The notes below the pieces were generated by a model. That model searched no databases, was not told the origin of the DNA, and saw only the letters and a list, made by a program, of their open reading frames with translations. From assembly GCA_030390025.1 (NCBI GenBank), contig JASTWF010000328.1, positions 434,001 to 498,000 of the forward strand: DNA of 64,000 bases, in the 5' to 3' direction. Source of the DNA: Squalus acanthias (taxonomy: Eukaryota). Both the position numbers and the translations under genes were made by a program. Every line of letters starts with the position of its first letter. The first letter of the stretch is position 1. Of this stretch, positions 61,022 to 64,000 are shown piece by piece.

Positions 61022-61450
61022 CTAAGTCCCATTACTTTCCCCATTACTATTTTTGAATAAACTAACAGCGAATGATTTCTTCCCACAGTGAGAGCAACTG
61101 AACGGCCTCTCCCCAGTGTGAACTCGCTGGTGTGTCAGCAGGGTGGATGACCGAGTAAATCCCTTCCCACACTCGGAGCTGGTGAATGGCCTCTCCCCGG
61201 TGTGAGTACTCTGGTGTGTCAGCAGGCTGGATGTCAGAGTGAATCCCTTCCCACACTCGGAGCAGGGGAACAGCCTCTCCCCGGTGTGAGTACTCTGGTG
61301 TGTCAGCAGGCTGGATGTCAGAGTGAATCCCTTCCCACACTCGGAGCAGGTGAACAGCCTCTCCCCGGTGTGACTGCGTCGATGAGATTCCAGCTGGGAT
61401 GGGCAATCGAATCCCTTCCCACAGGCCCCACATTTCCACCGTTTCTCCGT
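61022..61450 (-). pseudogene. ZNF-F, truncated paralogue of ZNF-E (3 canonical fingers, cut by CR1 at ~61075)
   Basis: 61320-61790 nearly identical to 51525-51990; 84-bp finger duplication; frame runs into CR1 sequence to TAG at 61022. Confidence 0.75.
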
Positions 61451-61884
61451 GGTGCGGGTGTCCTTGCGTTTCTCCAGGTTGGACCATCAGTTGAAGCCTC
61501 GTCCACACACAGAACACGTGTACGGTTTCTCCCCGCTGTGAATGGTGCGTTGTTTTTTCAGGCTGTGTAACTGGTTAAACCTCTTTCCACAGTCAGTGCA
61601 CTGGAACACTCTCACTCGGGTGTGTGTGTGTCGGTGCTTTTCCAGTCACACTGAGGTTTGAAATCTTTTCCCACAGACAGAACAAACATTTCTCCTTCCA
61701 CACTCAAAGGCCCGTGAATTTCAGGTCCTGATGAATCGAGTGAGTCTCTCAGATCTTGACATAATGTTTGGTTTGAGTTTCCCGTCTTCAAAACCTCCTC
61801 TTCTAATTTCCTGTAAAACCAGTTTATTAAAGTCATCACTGTAGGTACAGAACAGAAATTCAGAGCAGACAATTCCAGCTCGAT

Positions 61885-63735
61885 TCATAGAATGATACAG
61901 CACAGAAGCAGGACATTCTCGGGGCGAGACAGACTGGATGCAGGGAGGATGTTTCCCCTGGCTGGGTGGGGGGTCTAGACCGAGGGGGTCACAGTCTCAG
62001 GATATGGGGTAGGACATTTAGGACTGAGATGAGGAGAAATTTCTTCACTCAGAGGGTGGTGAACCTGTGGAATTCTCTACCACAGAAGGCTGTGGAGGCC
62101 AAGTCGCTGAATATATTTAAGAAGGAGATAGATAGATTTCTAGACACAAAAGGCATCAAGGGGTATGGTGAGAGAGCGGCAATATGGTATTGAGATAGAG
62201 GATCAGCCATGATCATATTGAATGGCGGAGCAGGCTCGAAGGACCGAATGGCCGACTCCTGCTCCTATTTTTCTATGTTTCTATTCGGCCCATTGTGCCT
62301 GTGCCTGTGCAGGCTCTTTGAAAGAGCTCTCCATTTAGTCCCACTCCCCTACTCTTTCCCCATAGACTTGCAAATTTTTCCACTTCAAGTATTTATCCAA
62401 TTCCCTTTTGAAAGTTATTATTGAATCTGCTTCCACCACCCTTTCAGATGGTGCATTCCACAACATAGTAACTCACTGCGGATTTTATTTTCCTCACGTC
62501 GCCTCTGGTTCTTTTGACAAATCTGTGTCCTCTGGTTCCCAACGATTCTGCCATTGGAAATAGTTTCTCTTCAGGCACTCTATCAAAATCATTCATAACT
62601 TTGAACACCTCGGTCAAATCTCCCCTTAACCTTCTCTGCTCGAAGGAGGACAACCCCAGCTTCTCCAGTCTCTCCACATCACTGAAGACTTTCATCCCTA
62701 GTCCCATTCTAGTCAATCTCCTCTGCACCCTCTAAGGCCTTGAAAACCTGACGGACCTTATAGGTTTGATAACCAGACGGGCTTGTGGTTATGGTCTGGT
62801 CTGGCTGGAGTGTCTTGAATTAGGGGGCATAGTCTCAGGATAAAGGGGTCGGCCATTTCAGACTGAGATGAGGAGGAATTATTTCACTCGGAGGGTTGTG
62901 AATCTTTGGAATTCTCTGCCCCAGAGGGATGTGAATGCTGAGTCTTTGAGTATACTCAAGGCTGAGATCGATTGATTTTTGGAGTCTGGGGGAATCAAGG
63001 GATTCGGAGATCGGGAGAGAAAGTGGAGTTGAGGTCGATGATCAGCCATGATTTGATTGAATGGCCGAGCAGGCTCGAGGGGCCGGATGGCCGACTCCTG
63101 CTCCTAATTCTTCTGTTCTTCTGTTCTGGAACTGAATCCCCTTTACTCACCTCTACAACAGGTGATGGAGATTCACAATCTGCACCGGGTGGGGAAGGAA
63201 CCTCGGAACAGGACCAGGCCATTCAGCCCCTCGAGCCTATTCCGCCATTCAATCAGATCACTGCTAATCTGTATCTCACTCCATCTACCCACCTTGGTTC
63301 CGTAATCCTCACCACCCATCCCCAACAACAGCCTATCAATCTCCGTTTTGATATTTTCAGTTGACCCCCGGCCTCAACAGCTTTTTGTGGGAGTGTGATC
63401 CAGATTTCCACTACCCTTTGTGTGATGAAGTGCTTCTTGACATCACTCCTGAACGGTCGAGCTCTAATTTGAAGGTTGTGCCCCCTTGTTCTGGATTCCC
63501 CACAGCTCCACCAGAGGAAATAGTTTCTCTCTCTCTACCCAATCAAATCCTTTAATCATCTTAAACACCCCAATTAGATCACCCCTTAACCTTCTATACT
63601 CGAGGGAATACCAGCCTAGTCTGAGCAACCTGTCCTCATCATTTAACGATTTCAGCTCCGGTATCATTCTGGTGAATCTGTGCTGCGCCCCCTCCAAGGC
63701 CATTATATCCTTCCTGAGGTGCGGTGCCCAGAACG
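61885..63735. mobile_element. Nested CR1 3' fragments in both orientations
   Basis: Tails and RRLRGDL/FTQRVV motifs; the + copy 61919-62282 lies inside a - copy with attc duplicated. Confidence 0.8.
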
Positions 63736-64000
63736 GAACAGGAGGGCAGACTGACTGCGGCCCGCTAGACTGTTCAAGGTCAAAGCTCACCCAATCTGGT
63801 GACAGTTGTGAAAGGTGAGACGTAACAAAGGCGGCTGTTGAACTATTGGAAAAACAAGGCTACATATTGTATTCTGCCCAGCAACAGACTCAGGGTAGAA
63901 AACATCCAGACTTACAGCGATTGCCAGGAGAACCTACAGCAACATTCCAGCAAGACGAACGAGAACATCCTTTTTTTTAATTCGTTCCTGGGATGTGGGC

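Overview
Vertebrate genomic DNA, most likely a cartilaginous fish (shark), judged from V-SINE/HE1-like and Deu-domain SINEs, dense CR1 LINEs, Penelope elements and the NLR type. Genic content: (i) one NACHT-LRR (NLRC3/NLRP-like) immune receptor gene on + (five exons, 7115-12683), with a 1-nt frameshift at about 8580 and no recognisable N-terminal effector exon; (ii) a cluster of KRAB-less tandem C2H2 zinc-finger genes (four long arrays, one 7-finger gene, several fragments). Four of these come from a repeated cassette (CCAAT/CRE/GC-box promoter, NRF1-site intron, single coding exon, 3' LTR-like piece) and are arranged as two leftward and two rightward copies around 30-35 kb. Between the NLR and the ZNF cluster is an ~1.8-kb x ~3.2 macrosatellite. 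Each full unit carries a Penelope-derived fold-back with hammerhead-ribozyme-like motifs on both strands, and an orphaned ZNF-type promoter points into it. A 4.8-kb C-rich minisatellite (44.4-49.2 kb) explains the two giant proline-rich ORFs. Most remaining sequence is CR1, L2, RTE, Tx1, Penelope, SINE and MITE debris. Repeat-family names come from motif recognition only; no database search was run, and repeat boundaries are approximate.
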